DNA from: Candidatus Latescibacterota bacterium
Lineage (GTDB): Bacteria; Latescibacterota; UBA2968; GCA-2709665
DNA: 64,000 bases
NCBI GenBank assembly: GCA_965116875.1
Contig: OZ220733.1
Location: 2,144,001-2,208,000, forward strand
Direction of reading: 5' to 3'
Within the stretch, counting starts at the first letter, position 1. Each line of letters begins with the position of its first letter. The position numbers were made by a program, and so were the translations under genes. The notes beneath the pieces are model-generated. The model did no database searches. It was not told the DNA's origin and saw only the letters and a list, made by a program, of their open reading frames with translations. Of this stretch, positions 39,301 to 48,863 are shown in pieces.

Positions 39301-39809
39301 CGCATACCTTCCGGGGGTCCTTGTGACTAAACTCGAGCCTGGCTGGATTTCGCAGCTGATTTCCTATAGGTCACAAGCATTTTCGAGGCGGGTAATTCGC
39401 GGTTATTCAAGCGAAGGAAGACAAAGTCCAGGAAGAGCAGCCGTTATCGGCATGCGGATGACTGCACTGACGTCTGACCGGACGATTTAGGCGGTACTGA
39501 ATGCCCGATATGCAATCTGCCATTGGTCAATTAATGGCGGCTTCGAGATCTTGTCAAGGGAGTGTACAGAGAGAATTGACGCCTCGAACCCGATGTATAC
39601 CACGGTCTAAAGTGACGGCTGTTATAGAGTGAGAAATGCCTGCGCGGTTCTTGCAGCACGATTTGAAGTGTCATCGCTCTATGGCACGGTTACCCTGCGG
39701 ACTATCGGAGGCGTATCCGGGATCGTCCGCCTATCCCTGTACTTCAGGCCTGGGTCGCACAAGGGCTCCTAGAGAAACACCACATCGCGAAGATATCCGG
39801 AGGGAAGCG

Positions 39810-41141
39810 ATGCAACCTTTAGTGCTTTCGATTCCAGGGGATTTCTGGGATGTGCAGATCTATCGTGGCCGCCTGTATCTCTGGCACTATGATGGCCGCA
39901 TTTCCGTGTACGATTGGGAGAGACTGATCGAGTTGGCATATCCAAAAGCCGGCCGGTCTCTCGCAGTCAATGCGGCCTGGTTGCGGGGAAACTCACTGTA
40001 CCGTCCTGACGTACTCGCTGTGTTCGATGATCCCGGATTTCGCAACGTGCTTGACGCAGATTTCGCGAAACTACGGGCTGAAGCACCGGTCATCACTCCA
40101 AAATTACTGAACGGAGCCCTTTATGGCGAACAGGACAATCCGGTCAAGGAACTTCCGACAGATACCGAGATCTTCAGCAATATCCTCTATCTCGTGACCT
40201 ATGACGGATTCTGGTCTGCCACCGCACACAGAAACAACCGGCGCTACCCTGTCAGTTCCAGACCGCAGAAGCGTTGGGACGGCCAAGCCTTTTCGGCGTC
40301 GGCGTCACACGGGCGAATCGCTCTTTCCGCTGGCGACGACGGACTCTTCGAATACGATCTCCGGCACCGCGATGATAATTCGAGCAATGGAAATTTGTAC
40401 CGTCCACAGTCGCATAATAGGGATGGCAGCGTTAGCCAGTTAACGGGCAGACATTCTTCTTATGCGGACTGGGCATTTGCCAGTGTCTACAGCACGTCAT
40501 TGGTTGGAGAATCCTGTCTGCTGGCCTTCCGTTGGCAGCGCGATCCTGCCGGACAGAGGGGTTTCCTGCGGGAGTTCGTTCGCGAATTCGATGAATCCGA
40601 GATACTGCAGACAGGACGTGTGAGGGGCTTGAGTTGGGGCGCGGGAGACAAAATCTGTGGCATCGACAGCGCCAGATTAACTGTGATGCGCTATGATCAA
40701 AAGAAAGTCACAGAGCCAGAAACCGGGACCCCGCAAGCACTGCTGGTATCCGAAAGAACGACGATTCCAACAAGCGCCAAGGCGATGAGCGACGGTAAAT
40801 CCCCACGTGCGGAATCTCCATTCGGTTCTGTTGGTTCAATTCCGCTGACAAAAGAAGCCGACGTAATTAAGGCCGGTCTGGCATATTTCGGGATTCTGCT
40901 TGAGACGAACGAGCAACTCGTTGTATACCGTAGCGATGGTGATCCCTGGACGTTTCCAGGGCCAATTGTCCGATGGCGCACCTATCCTCGAGCAAAGTTC
41001 TACGAGAATCAACTCCACATTGTCGCCGAGGACGCCGTACACATTGTCGCTTTCGTACACGACTATTGGCAAGGCCAGGAAGAAAAGATCGCCGGTATCA
41101 GTTACCGGCATCAAGATCGCCAGAGGCGGTTGACATCCTGA
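39810..41141 (+). CDS. Hypothetical beta-rich (propeller-like) protein
   Basis: RBS GGAGGG before MQPLVLSIPGDFWDVQIYRGRLYLW. Repeated short beta strands with W/Y/D. Confidence 0.6.
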   Translation: MQPLVLSIPGDFWDVQIYRGRLYLWHYDGRISVYDWERLIELAYPKAGRSLAVNAAWLRGNSLYRPDVLAVFDDPGFRNVLDADFAKLRAEAPVITPKLLNGALYGEQDNPVKELPTDTEIFSNILYLVTYDGFWSATAHRNNRRYPVSSRPQKRWDGQAFSASASHGRIALSAGDDGLFEYDLRHRDDNSSNGNLYRPQSHNRDGSVSQLTGRHSSYADWAFASVYSTSLVGESCLLAFRWQRDPAGQRGFLREFVREFDESEILQTGRVRGLSWGAGDKICGIDSARLTVMRYDQKKVTEPETGTPQALLVSERTTIPTSAKAMSDGKSPRAESPFGSVGSIPLTKEADVIKAGLAYFGILLETNEQLVVYRSDGDPWTFPGPIVRWRTYPRAKFYENQLHIVAEDAVHIVAFVHDYWQGQEEKIAGISYRHQDRQRRLTS

Positions 41142-41157
41142 CCAGACGTGCTACAAT
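41130..41157 (+). promoter_or_regulatory. Sigma70-like promoter
   Basis: TTGACA-16nt-TACAAT with an extended TG. Confidence 0.45.
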
Positions 41158-41302
41158 TCCATGAGACCTGACTTCCGTCGAATTCAGCGCAACAGGCAAA
41201 GTGGCTTACCGGCTTGCATACGGATGAACGAGTCTACCTCATAACGTAACGTACCCGGGGCAATCCAGGCCTGCGGGTCGTGGCTATTGGATACTCAAAA
41301 AA

Positions 41303-41497
41303 GTGGAAAAATTCCAGGATGACCCGATTGTCGCCGAAGTCCGTGCTGTCAGGGATGAACACGCGGCGAAATTCGACTACGATGTCAAGGCCATATTCGA
41401 AGATCTTCGAGCACGGCAAGAGGCTTCCGGCCGCAAGTACGTGCGTTACCCTGCTCGCCGCATATCCCCTGTGACGGATATATGTTCGTCCGGTTAA
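41303..41497 (+). CDS. Small protein of the 'DPIVxEVR' family (usually found next to PIN toxins)
   Basis: DDPIVAEVRAVRDEHAAKFDYDVKAIFEDLRARQ matches a recurrent small family. Confidence 0.6.
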   Translation: MEKFQDDPIVAEVRAVRDEHAAKFDYDVKAIFEDLRARQEASGRKYVRYPARRISPVTDICSSG

Positions 41498-42041
41498 GTC
41501 GTCCAGGGGGTTTCGAGTTCGAACGCGCGAGTTCTCGGCGCAAGGTATTGTCGTTTGTGACACTTCACTCCACGGCAAGGGTGTACCTGTGACATCGGGT
41601 GACGGCGTGCAACGAAGTTATTTCAGACGAGCAACAACATCGACGAAACGCGTTGAGAAAAGCGTTTTTGTGAAATCGCGTTTCGGTGAGGAAACAGATC
41701 GGTTTCTGGGTCGTAACGGAAAACGTTAGACGAGGTCGTAATGGGTGCAGGCGCTGTTGTTCTGGGATGGATCAATCGAGTAGTAAGGGGTGGTGAACGT
41801 CCGGAGGACGTTATTGCGGAATTTGAAGAGGATAACTCGTGGGAGAGGAGACGGGGCAAACATCTGATGAAAGAATATCGCAAGGGTAGGATAGAGATGC
41901 TTTCGGTAGACGAGACAAGGAAGGCCATTGATGATTTAGGGCGTAAGTGGTCTTCCTGAAGGCCCTGTATACGGTGTCGGACCGGGCCGTGAAGGCGGCG
42001 ATGGGCGCCTCACTGTCTCTGGCACCGTTCAGAGTTTTCCG

Positions 42042-43151
42042 TCATTGGTGAGGAAAAGTAACGACGACGTTATCGCCAAACGTATTTTTTCTATGTTTGG
42101 CAGCGACAATCTTCCTCTCTTCCTCCAACTGTAACAATACCTGTTTATAGTTCTTCGCAATGTAGGGCGTGTTTAAGTTATGCTGTTCGTATATCTCTTT
42201 CATTTTCAATTTCTTTCCTGAGAATTCTTCTAGTAGCATGTCACCGAGGTCGTCAAGCGGACGTGCGTATCCAAACAAAAACGGTTGTCGGAGATCAGCG
42301 GGATTGTATTCAAACGTCGCGACGCCTTGATGGCTGTCAGACGACTCTTTAGCCATGATTTCCTTCATGATCTTGTATCCCCTTGAGTGCTTGCTAACAA
42401 AGATCAGATGATGGCTTGTTCGAGTTCCGTGATCGTCCTTGAACCTGAACGGCAGCACAAATCCCGGGCCTGATTCTCTAATTGCCTGGCAGAGTTCCTC
42501 AACAATGGTCAACTCACGATCTCGCGGGCTTAGCTGGTCAAGCCTCGCTCGTAAGATTTCGGCTCTCTCTTCGCCAAATAACGCATCCATATGTTCCCGC
42601 ACCGCTTCGTTATTCAGGCCCATATTGATTCGGTTGTAGTTGAAGAAAAAAATACAATCACAGCCCCAGTCCTTTAGCACCGAATTCACCAACCGAAGCG
42701 AAAGCCCCTTGTATCCCCACGGGTCAACAAAAAACAGCGTGGGAATCAGACTCATCTGCTCGAACATACTAACGATCTCTTCCCCGACCTCTTGAGTCTC
42801 GATCTGAGGTGGGTAAGTGAGTGTCTCGACGCCAGGCAGATGGTTAATTGCCTGCTTCAGTGAATCTGAATTGTCTTCGTCTTTGTCATTGAAGATCGTA
42901 ACCAATCGACGACGCAATACATCGTCCTGAATCGCCTTTCTTACGACCATTAGCGGTGTTGAAATTGTCCCGTCAGAGTATCTTCCCCTCCCAGCGAAAA
43001 GGTCAATGTATGCAATCCTGTTTTCGGAACCACGCAACCTGTTCTGGGTCGCAATCATTACCCTTGACCAAGCGTCGAAATATTTCGCTACGATATCGGA
43101 CTTCACTTGCGACTGTCCTGTACTCACATCGAAAAAGCTTGAGTCTGTCAT
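42042..43151 (-). CDS. tcmP: Three-Cys-motif partner protein TcmP (methyltransferase-like)
   Basis: YIDLFAGRG, FFVDPWGYKG and C-terminal winged-helix-like region. Downstream of DUF5131. Confidence 0.85.
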   Translation of the reverse strand: MTDSSFFDVSTGQSQVKSDIVAKYFDAWSRVMIATQNRLRGSENRIAYIDLFAGRGRYSDGTISTPLMVVRKAIQDDVLRRRLVTIFNDKDEDNSDSLKQAINHLPGVETLTYPPQIETQEVGEEIVSMFEQMSLIPTLFFVDPWGYKGLSLRLVNSVLKDWGCDCIFFFNYNRINMGLNNEAVREHMDALFGEERAEILRARLDQLSPRDRELTIVEELCQAIRESGPGFVLPFRFKDDHGTRTSHHLIFVSKHSRGYKIMKEIMAKESSDSHQGVATFEYNPADLRQPFLFGYARPLDDLGDMLLEEFSGKKLKMKEIYEQHNLNTPYIAKNYKQVLLQLEEERKIVAAKHRKNTFGDNVVVTFPHQ

Positions 43152-43266
43152 CGTAGCCTGCTCTTGGCGGGCACGCTTCGCCCTTTCGGTTTGATGGACA
43201 TTGGTACTTCGCTTCCGGGGCATCGACGAAAGTGGGAAATCTGCCCTCGAGGTATGATCGCTCTAT

Positions 43267-44013
43267 CTAAGTTGAATTGGACGCAAAACCCTCGACGTCC
43301 GGATACTCCATCCACTGTCTCCCATCGAGCGTATTTCCTCCCGCTTTCGGCGTTCGCCCGCCCCATTGCTTGAAGAAGAAAGCCACGTGCTGGGTCTCGC
43401 ACTGATCCCGCAATTCGCGTACCCAATCCGGCTCAACCGGACGGGCTCCGGGTCCGCTTTCCCCGCCTGCAATGACCCAGTGGATGTTCTCCAGATTGAC
43501 CGTACCCGCTGAGCCGAGCAGCGGCTCGAATGAGACGAATCGGACCGAAGCGTTGGTCTCTTTGAGATGTCTCAGCCGCGTGAGTGCAGCGTCGTTTTCG
43601 ATGGAGACGCCGAGCCAGATGTGTGATGGCGCATGCCCGTTCGTATAGCGTTCCTGGACGAAGCGGCGCATCAGGGAGCTGCGCTTGGTGAGTACCTGGT
43701 AGACGTGCCAGTCGGCGCGTTCCATGGTGTCGAATACGCGATGGATGTACTCCGCGGGAATATCCTTGTGGAAGAGATCGCTCATCGAATTGACGAATAT
43801 CAGTTGAGGACGGCGCCAGCTCAGCGGCTGTTCCAGTCGCGCGGGTCGCAACACCAAATCGAATCCGGACTCAAACGGGTGCCCCTCGACGCCGCGAAAG
43901 CGCTCGGACAGGCGCTCGGCATAGCAATTGTCGCAGCCTGCGCTGACCTTCGTGCATCCGGTGACCGGATTCCAGGTGACGTTGGTCCATTCGATGGCGC
44001 TATTGCGGGACAT
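43267..44013 (-). CDS. DUF5131 / phage Gp37-Gp68 family protein
   Basis: IEWT..TWNPVTGCTKVSAGCDNCYA, FVNSMSDLFH, LTKR, GGESG and FFKQWGG motifs. Confidence 0.93.
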   Translation of the reverse strand: MSRNSAIEWTNVTWNPVTGCTKVSAGCDNCYAERLSERFRGVEGHPFESGFDLVLRPARLEQPLSWRRPQLIFVNSMSDLFHKDIPAEYIHRVFDTMERADWHVYQVLTKRSSLMRRFVQERYTNGHAPSHIWLGVSIENDAALTRLRHLKETNASVRFVSFEPLLGSAGTVNLENIHWVIAGGESGPGARPVEPDWVRELRDQCETQHVAFFFKQWGGRTPKAGGNTLDGRQWMEYPDVEGFASNST

Positions 44014-44068
44014 GGAAACTACCTTACGCAAAAATGAGAAACATGGATACACAGGATGAACAGGATTT

Positions 44069-44264
44069 GGTCTCAATTCCGCAAAAGCCGCAACGCGGCA
44101 CCGCGACGAAACCTTTCGAAACGGGCCGAAATGGTCGTCATGAAGGACATTTTTTCCGTTTACGTACAGTGTCCTGGTGTATCTTGGTAATCAGCAGTCT
44201 AATCGCCTTTATTAACTCGCACATATTAGAATTAACGTCCCCGGAAAATGAGGAATCAAGGTTA
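44069..44264. mobile_element. MITE-like repeat family A, full-length copy
   Basis: Shares GAAGGACATTTTTTCCGTT.ACGTACAGTGTCCTGGTGTATC.TGGTAATCAGCAGT...GAATCAAGGTTA with 10858-11054. Confidence 0.7.
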
Positions 44265-44389
44265 GAATCGGGGCATTTGTCCTGTGTGTCCTATTCTTCG
44301 ATGTGAGCGTTTCTCAGCAATCCCAGTTCCACACGAATCAACATACGGGATATATTGACATCATGTCTTACGTATCGGCAGATTGAAAT

Positions 44390-45523
44390 TCAACCGACGA
44401 TTTCCTCCCGGTGTGCCTTATGCGATTCCTCGTAGAGGGTCAATACATCGACGTCCGGCACCTCATCCGGCGCAAAATGCCACTTGGAGACGATCTCTTC
44501 ACCATCGACGGCGATCACTTTGAGATCAAAGAACACATCCTGATCTCCGAATGTCTTCGAAATCAAATCCCTCACCTGTTTCAAATTCGCCGGGAAAGCA
44601 GGCCCTATTCTCGGCGCAGTGAGTTCCACGGGGACGAATCGAGGCATCTGTTGGTTGAACTTCGTCAATCCGTGAACAGGCGCGAGCAGGTCGAGGTAAT
44701 GGCGAATTACCCTGTGCTTGTATTCGTCGACAGAAATCTCGCCGATCAGCGCGCGAGCAAGTACGCGTACAAAACGCACTAAACCGTCGACTTGATCTCC
44801 GCTAAAGGTCAGGGTTGTTCCCTTCCTGGAACTTGACAGAGTCAATTCGTCCCCAGATACAGAAAAGCTGTTGCTATGTATAACCTCGTTGCGATAAGGC
44901 ACCAGTTTGCAGAAAACTGCTCTGGCATAGGTAAAAAGGTGGGGATGGATATCGAAGAGACGAGGTAGTTGGAGAATTGATGCTTTCTTGAGCATTTTCT
45001 CCTTATCGGCAAAACGCCACGGAACCTTTGGGATTTTTCCCAACTTGCAATTCTCTTCGACGACCCACTCGAAGATCATATCGAGCACCTTGAAAGAACC
45101 AACAAAAGTGAGCGGCATCATTGCATGGATGAGCGATTCATCGTTTGAAAGTGAATCTTCGAACGTCATCTTGATGTTCGCGGGTACAACTCCGCTTGTG
45201 ATCCTGAGCACAGGGCTTTGGTCGTTCTCTCTTGCCCGATCAATTCGCTGTTCCAGAAAAGTGAGAAGCCAGATCTCGTATTCCATTTTGGCACGAAGCG
45301 CCTTGTTTTGGACGACAGCCGGTTCCCTGGCTCCATGCTCTGACTTTGATTCTTCGTGACGTTGCGCCCCCTCCGGCGTGTAGAGGCGCTCCCCACATTT
45401 CCCGCATACTTCGGTCCGGACATTTACAGTCTCCCTTACAATCCCCGCTTGCAGATCCTTCTCGACTTCCCTCTCAGCAATCGGGCCGCCACACACCGGA
45501 CATCTGTCCAATGACGCCTTCAC
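44390..45523 (-). CDS. YgiT-type zinc finger fused in frame to an unknown ~300-aa domain with an RxxxxH motif
   Basis: CPVC...CGKCGERLYTP N-terminus. Internal Met80 at 45286. YRNEVIH motif. Confidence 0.6.
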   Translation of the reverse strand: MKASLDRCPVCGGPIAEREVEKDLQAGIVRETVNVRTEVCGKCGERLYTPEGAQRHEESKSEHGAREPAVVQNKALRAKMEYEIWLLTFLEQRIDRARENDQSPVLRITSGVVPANIKMTFEDSLSNDESLIHAMMPLTFVGSFKVLDMIFEWVVEENCKLGKIPKVPWRFADKEKMLKKASILQLPRLFDIHPHLFTYARAVFCKLVPYRNEVIHSNSFSVSGDELTLSSSRKGTTLTFSGDQVDGLVRFVRVLARALIGEISVDEYKHRVIRHYLDLLAPVHGLTKFNQQMPRFVPVELTAPRIGPAFPANLKQVRDLISKTFGDQDVFFDLKVIAVDGEEIVSKWHFAPDEVPDVDVLTLYEESHKAHREEIVG

Positions 45524-45834
45524 AGGTTCCTCCTGTTGCGCCAGTCAATCCAACGCGTCGGATTCGGACGATAAACGGTAATCAGCATTGTCATTTGACT
45601 CTTCTCATTGTATGCCCATACACTGTGGATGGGCACTCCATCTGCGTTTCTTCCATATATCAAACAACTGGGGTAGGGCCTGTCGTCCGGGTAAGATTCG
45701 ATAACTTCGCCATTATCTAGCGCATGAAAAATCTCTTCAAGCTTCAGTTGATCATTCGCGGCTTCTTCCATTGCATGGTGAGTGATACGATAGTTTCTGA
45801 CTTCTACGGATCTGATGATGTTGCGAATATCCAT
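45520..45834 (-). CDS. DUF4258 domain protein (putative toxin)
   Basis: ITHHA, GEVIESYPDDRPYPSCLIYG, PIHSV and LITVYRP motifs. GTGA overlap with the next gene. Confidence 0.88.
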   Translation of the reverse strand: MDIRNIIRSVEVRNYRITHHAMEEAANDQLKLEEIFHALDNGEVIESYPDDRPYPSCLIYGRNADGVPIHSVWAYNEKSQMTMLITVYRPNPTRWIDWRNRRNL

Positions 45835-46022
45835 CCACAGGTCTCGATTTGCATCCGGCAGCGTTGGCGTGTTGCGATGCCGGCCAGATCTAATGGCAAT
45901 AGAACGGTATCATTGTGTTGGGCCCGTGTCAAGCAAAGGTTTGACAAGAGTTGAGACTACGCGGGACTCTACCGCGCGAGGGACAAAGTCGAGACACGGA
46001 GGGTCCCTTCCCGACCGGGAGA

Positions 46023-46064
46023 TATACTGCACATTAGTATAGTATTTATCCCGCTCAATGTCAA
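46023..46064 (-). promoter_or_regulatory. Consensus sigma70 promoter with palindromic operator for the DUF4258 operon
   Basis: Minus strand reads TTGACA-17nt-TATACT (46064-46036). Inverted repeat TATACT-N7-AGTATA overlaps the -10 box. Confidence 0.7.
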
Positions 46065-46354
46065 GGGGTTGGCCGGTCGGGTCCGAACATGCCCGTAATC
46101 TGCAGGTTGAGACCGCGATCGCCGGATCTCTGATCCTATTGCGGTTCTCTTCGTCTTTATCCTGTCCATCCATGTGAGTTTTGTCTGGTGTTCTGAAGCC
46201 CGCACGGGTCGCGATCCGCTGATTCGGGTTGACAGGGTGTGTTCCCCGCCGTACTTTGCCATCCGTTCCGCCGTTTTATTCAATCTTCCGGGTCCCCGCG
46301 TTGCGCCGGTGTGACAGGCGCGTATCGCCGGGGCCGGCTCATTCTGGAGACGAC

Positions 46355-47641
46355 ATGATCCGACTCGCCACCTTTCAATCCGACGTGACGCCGCCGCTGG
46401 GCCATCCGCTCTGCGCGGGGTGGTATCCGTCCGCCAAAGGCATCCTGGACCCGCTGGCCGCCCTTGGGCTGGTGTTCGTACCGGACGACCAATCGCCCAT
46501 GGTCCTGTGCGCACTGGACTGGGCCGAGTTGAGCAACGGCGACTACGACCGCTGGCGTGAAGAACTGGCCGAAGCCGTGGGCACCGATGCCGACCGGGTG
46601 GCCGTGCATTGCACGCACGCGCACGACACGCCCTGGCCCGACCGCGATGCCCAGGACATTCTCGACGCCCACGGCCATCCCGATGTCATTATGGCCGGAG
46701 ACTGGGCCGAGCGCGTTCGTACGCAGGCGGCTGGAGCAGCGGGCGAAGCCCTCAACAGACTGCAACCCTGCACGCATATCTCCACAGGCGAAGCCAGGGT
46801 GGACCGGATCGCCTCCAACCGGCGGGTGATGGGGCCGGACGGCAAGGTGGCCGCGGTGCGCTGGACCAAGACGCCCGACCCGGAGGTGCGGGCCGCGCCC
46901 GAAGGCGTCATCGACCCCATGCTCAAGACAATCGGCTATTACAATCAGGATACGCCGCTGGCCCTCGTTCACTACTATGCCACACATCCCACCAGCATGG
47001 ACGGCACGGGGTTGGTGACGCCCGAATTCGTCGGCCTGGCGCGCAACCGGCGCACGGAACAAAGCGGGGTGCCGCACATCTACTTCACCGGTTGCGCGGG
47101 CAACGTCACCGCGGGCAAGTACAACGACGGCGTTGCGGACAACCGCGAATTGTTCACCGGGCGCATCCTCACTGCTATGCTGGAAGCCGAGCAGGCCAGT
47201 ACGCGCCAGCCCCTGGAACGCGTGGCGTGGACCGTGGAGCCCGTGCGGCTGCCGCCGAGGGAGGACCTGAACGAGGAAAACCTGCTGGCGCAAATCGCAA
47301 GCCCGGCCAGCCGGTCCAAGGGAAACAGCAAAGCCGCGCTCATGCTGACGTACCTGCGCCGCCGCGAGCGCCCCATACCGTTTACCTGCATGCATCTCAA
47401 CGACGGTGTGGCGGTGGTCAATCTCCCGGGCGAGATCTTTATCGAATACCAGTTGCACGCGCAGGCCAGCCGACCGGATGCCTTTGTCGCCGTGGCGGGA
47501 TACGGTGATCTGGGGACCGGTTACATCACCATGGAAACGTCCTTTGACGAGGGGGGATACGAGCCCGTGGACGCCTTTGTGTCGGGGAAATCCGAGAAAA
47601 TCGTCCGCGCCGCCATCGACAAGGTTCTGCAAGCAGGCTGA
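46355..47641 (+). CDS. Neutral ceramidase-like metal hydrolase (hypothetical)
   Basis: DVTPPLG, HCTHAHD, YATHP, GCAGN and LPGE motifs of this family. Confidence 0.7.
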   Translation: MIRLATFQSDVTPPLGHPLCAGWYPSAKGILDPLAALGLVFVPDDQSPMVLCALDWAELSNGDYDRWREELAEAVGTDADRVAVHCTHAHDTPWPDRDAQDILDAHGHPDVIMAGDWAERVRTQAAGAAGEALNRLQPCTHISTGEARVDRIASNRRVMGPDGKVAAVRWTKTPDPEVRAAPEGVIDPMLKTIGYYNQDTPLALVHYYATHPTSMDGTGLVTPEFVGLARNRRTEQSGVPHIYFTGCAGNVTAGKYNDGVADNRELFTGRILTAMLEAEQASTRQPLERVAWTVEPVRLPPREDLNEENLLAQIASPASRSKGNSKAALMLTYLRRRERPIPFTCMHLNDGVAVVNLPGEIFIEYQLHAQASRPDAFVAVAGYGDLGTGYITMETSFDEGGYEPVDAFVSGKSEKIVRAAIDKVLQAG

Positions 47642-47681
47642 AACGCGACCGCGCCCAACGCGCATCTTGAAAGAAGGAAAC

Positions 47682-48005
47682 ATGGGTGTTCAGGAAGGAC
47701 AGGCGGAAGATGCCGCGGCCATCGATCGGGCATGGACGGATAACGCGGCGGGCGAGACGGTACCAGGCGATGTTGTAAAGGGTATATTGGACGGAGGATC
47801 GCCCTTGCGCGTGTGGCGGAAATACCGTGGATTGACGCTGGCTTCGCTTGCCCGGACGGTGGGCGTTTCAAGGGGGTATCTGTCACAGATCGAGAACGGG
47901 CACAAGTCCGGTACTCTCGACCTGTTTCGCAGATTGGCCGGCGCGCTCAACGTATCGATGGACCAGCTGGTGGAACCCGCGCCAGGTCCCGGCGACGACC
48001 GGTGA
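47682..48005 (+). CDS. XRE-family HTH regulator (HigA-like antitoxin, no toxin partner)
   Basis: PLRVWRKYRGLT..LARTVGVSRGYLSQIENG motif. Confidence 0.8.
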   Translation: MGVQEGQAEDAAAIDRAWTDNAAGETVPGDVVKGILDGGSPLRVWRKYRGLTLASLARTVGVSRGYLSQIENGHKSGTLDLFRRLAGALNVSMDQLVEPAPGPGDDR

Positions 48006-48034
48006 ACTTCGGCGTTTGCCGCGGGGTCGTGGAA

Positions 48035-48838
48035 ATGGGAAGCATCGTCGCGATCGGTGGCGGAGACGTCAGAACCCTGGCAACCCGTCCGATGGACCTT
48101 GAAATCATCAGGCTCTCGGGTTCGTCGAGCCCAAAAGCCCTGTTCATACCAACGGCAAGCAGCGATTCGGTCGAATACTGGGAAGGTTTCGACAGGGCGT
48201 ACCGTGAGAACTATGGTTGCGCCACGGACGTGCTCTACCTCCTGGGCCGGGCGCCTTCACCGGAATCCATAGCCCGGAAGATCGACTGGGCCGACATCAT
48301 CTACGTTGGCGGTGGCAACACGCTGAAGATGATGCGGCGCTGGCGGCTCCTCGGAGTCGACCACCTGATTGGATCGGCGCATGCGCGTGGCGCGGTTCTG
48401 TGCGGCGTGAGCGCCGGGGCGATCTGCTGGTTCGACCGGGGTCACAGCGACTCTATGTCCTTCTACAGCCCCGACGACTGGAGCTATATTGCCGTCACGG
48501 GCATGGGCCTGTTGAGCGGTCTTGCGTGTCCCCATTACAACGGGGACACGGCGGGAGTTCCGAGGAGGCAGGACTACCACGACATGCTCAGGCGGAAGGG
48601 CGGAGACGGTCTGGCCATCGACAATGACTGTGCAGTCGCCTTCACGGCCGAAGGGTACAGGGTGATCGCCGCCACCCCTGGCGCCGGCGCTTACTCGCTT
48701 GATGTCCGGCGTGGCGCGGTCGTCGAGCGGGCGCTCCCTGTTACGCCTGACTATCGCCCGATCGAGTCCCTTTACGAGCGGGCAGACGGAAATGTCAGCA
48801 CCACAGGCAAACGGAATTCCCCAACGGGACCGTGTTGA
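48035..48838 (+). CDS. Peptidase E (S51 family)
   Basis: IGGG, FIPTAS, IYVGGGNT, GVSAGA and CPHYN motifs. Confidence 0.88.
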   Translation: MGSIVAIGGGDVRTLATRPMDLEIIRLSGSSSPKALFIPTASSDSVEYWEGFDRAYRENYGCATDVLYLLGRAPSPESIARKIDWADIIYVGGGNTLKMMRRWRLLGVDHLIGSAHARGAVLCGVSAGAICWFDRGHSDSMSFYSPDDWSYIAVTGMGLLSGLACPHYNGDTAGVPRRQDYHDMLRRKGGDGLAIDNDCAVAFTAEGYRVIAATPGAGAYSLDVRRGAVVERALPVTPDYRPIESLYERADGNVSTTGKRNSPTGPC

Positions 48839-48863
48839 CCCTAGAAATAAGACTGGAGCTGCG

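Larger units (their letters stand above)
26600..46064. other. Anti-phage defence island / accessory hotspot (boundaries approximate)
   Basis: Cluster of SIR2, R-M, TIR, HEPN-like, toxin-antitoxin and DUF5131-TcmP genes. Visibly AT-richer than the flanks. No integrase seen. Confidence 0.8.
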
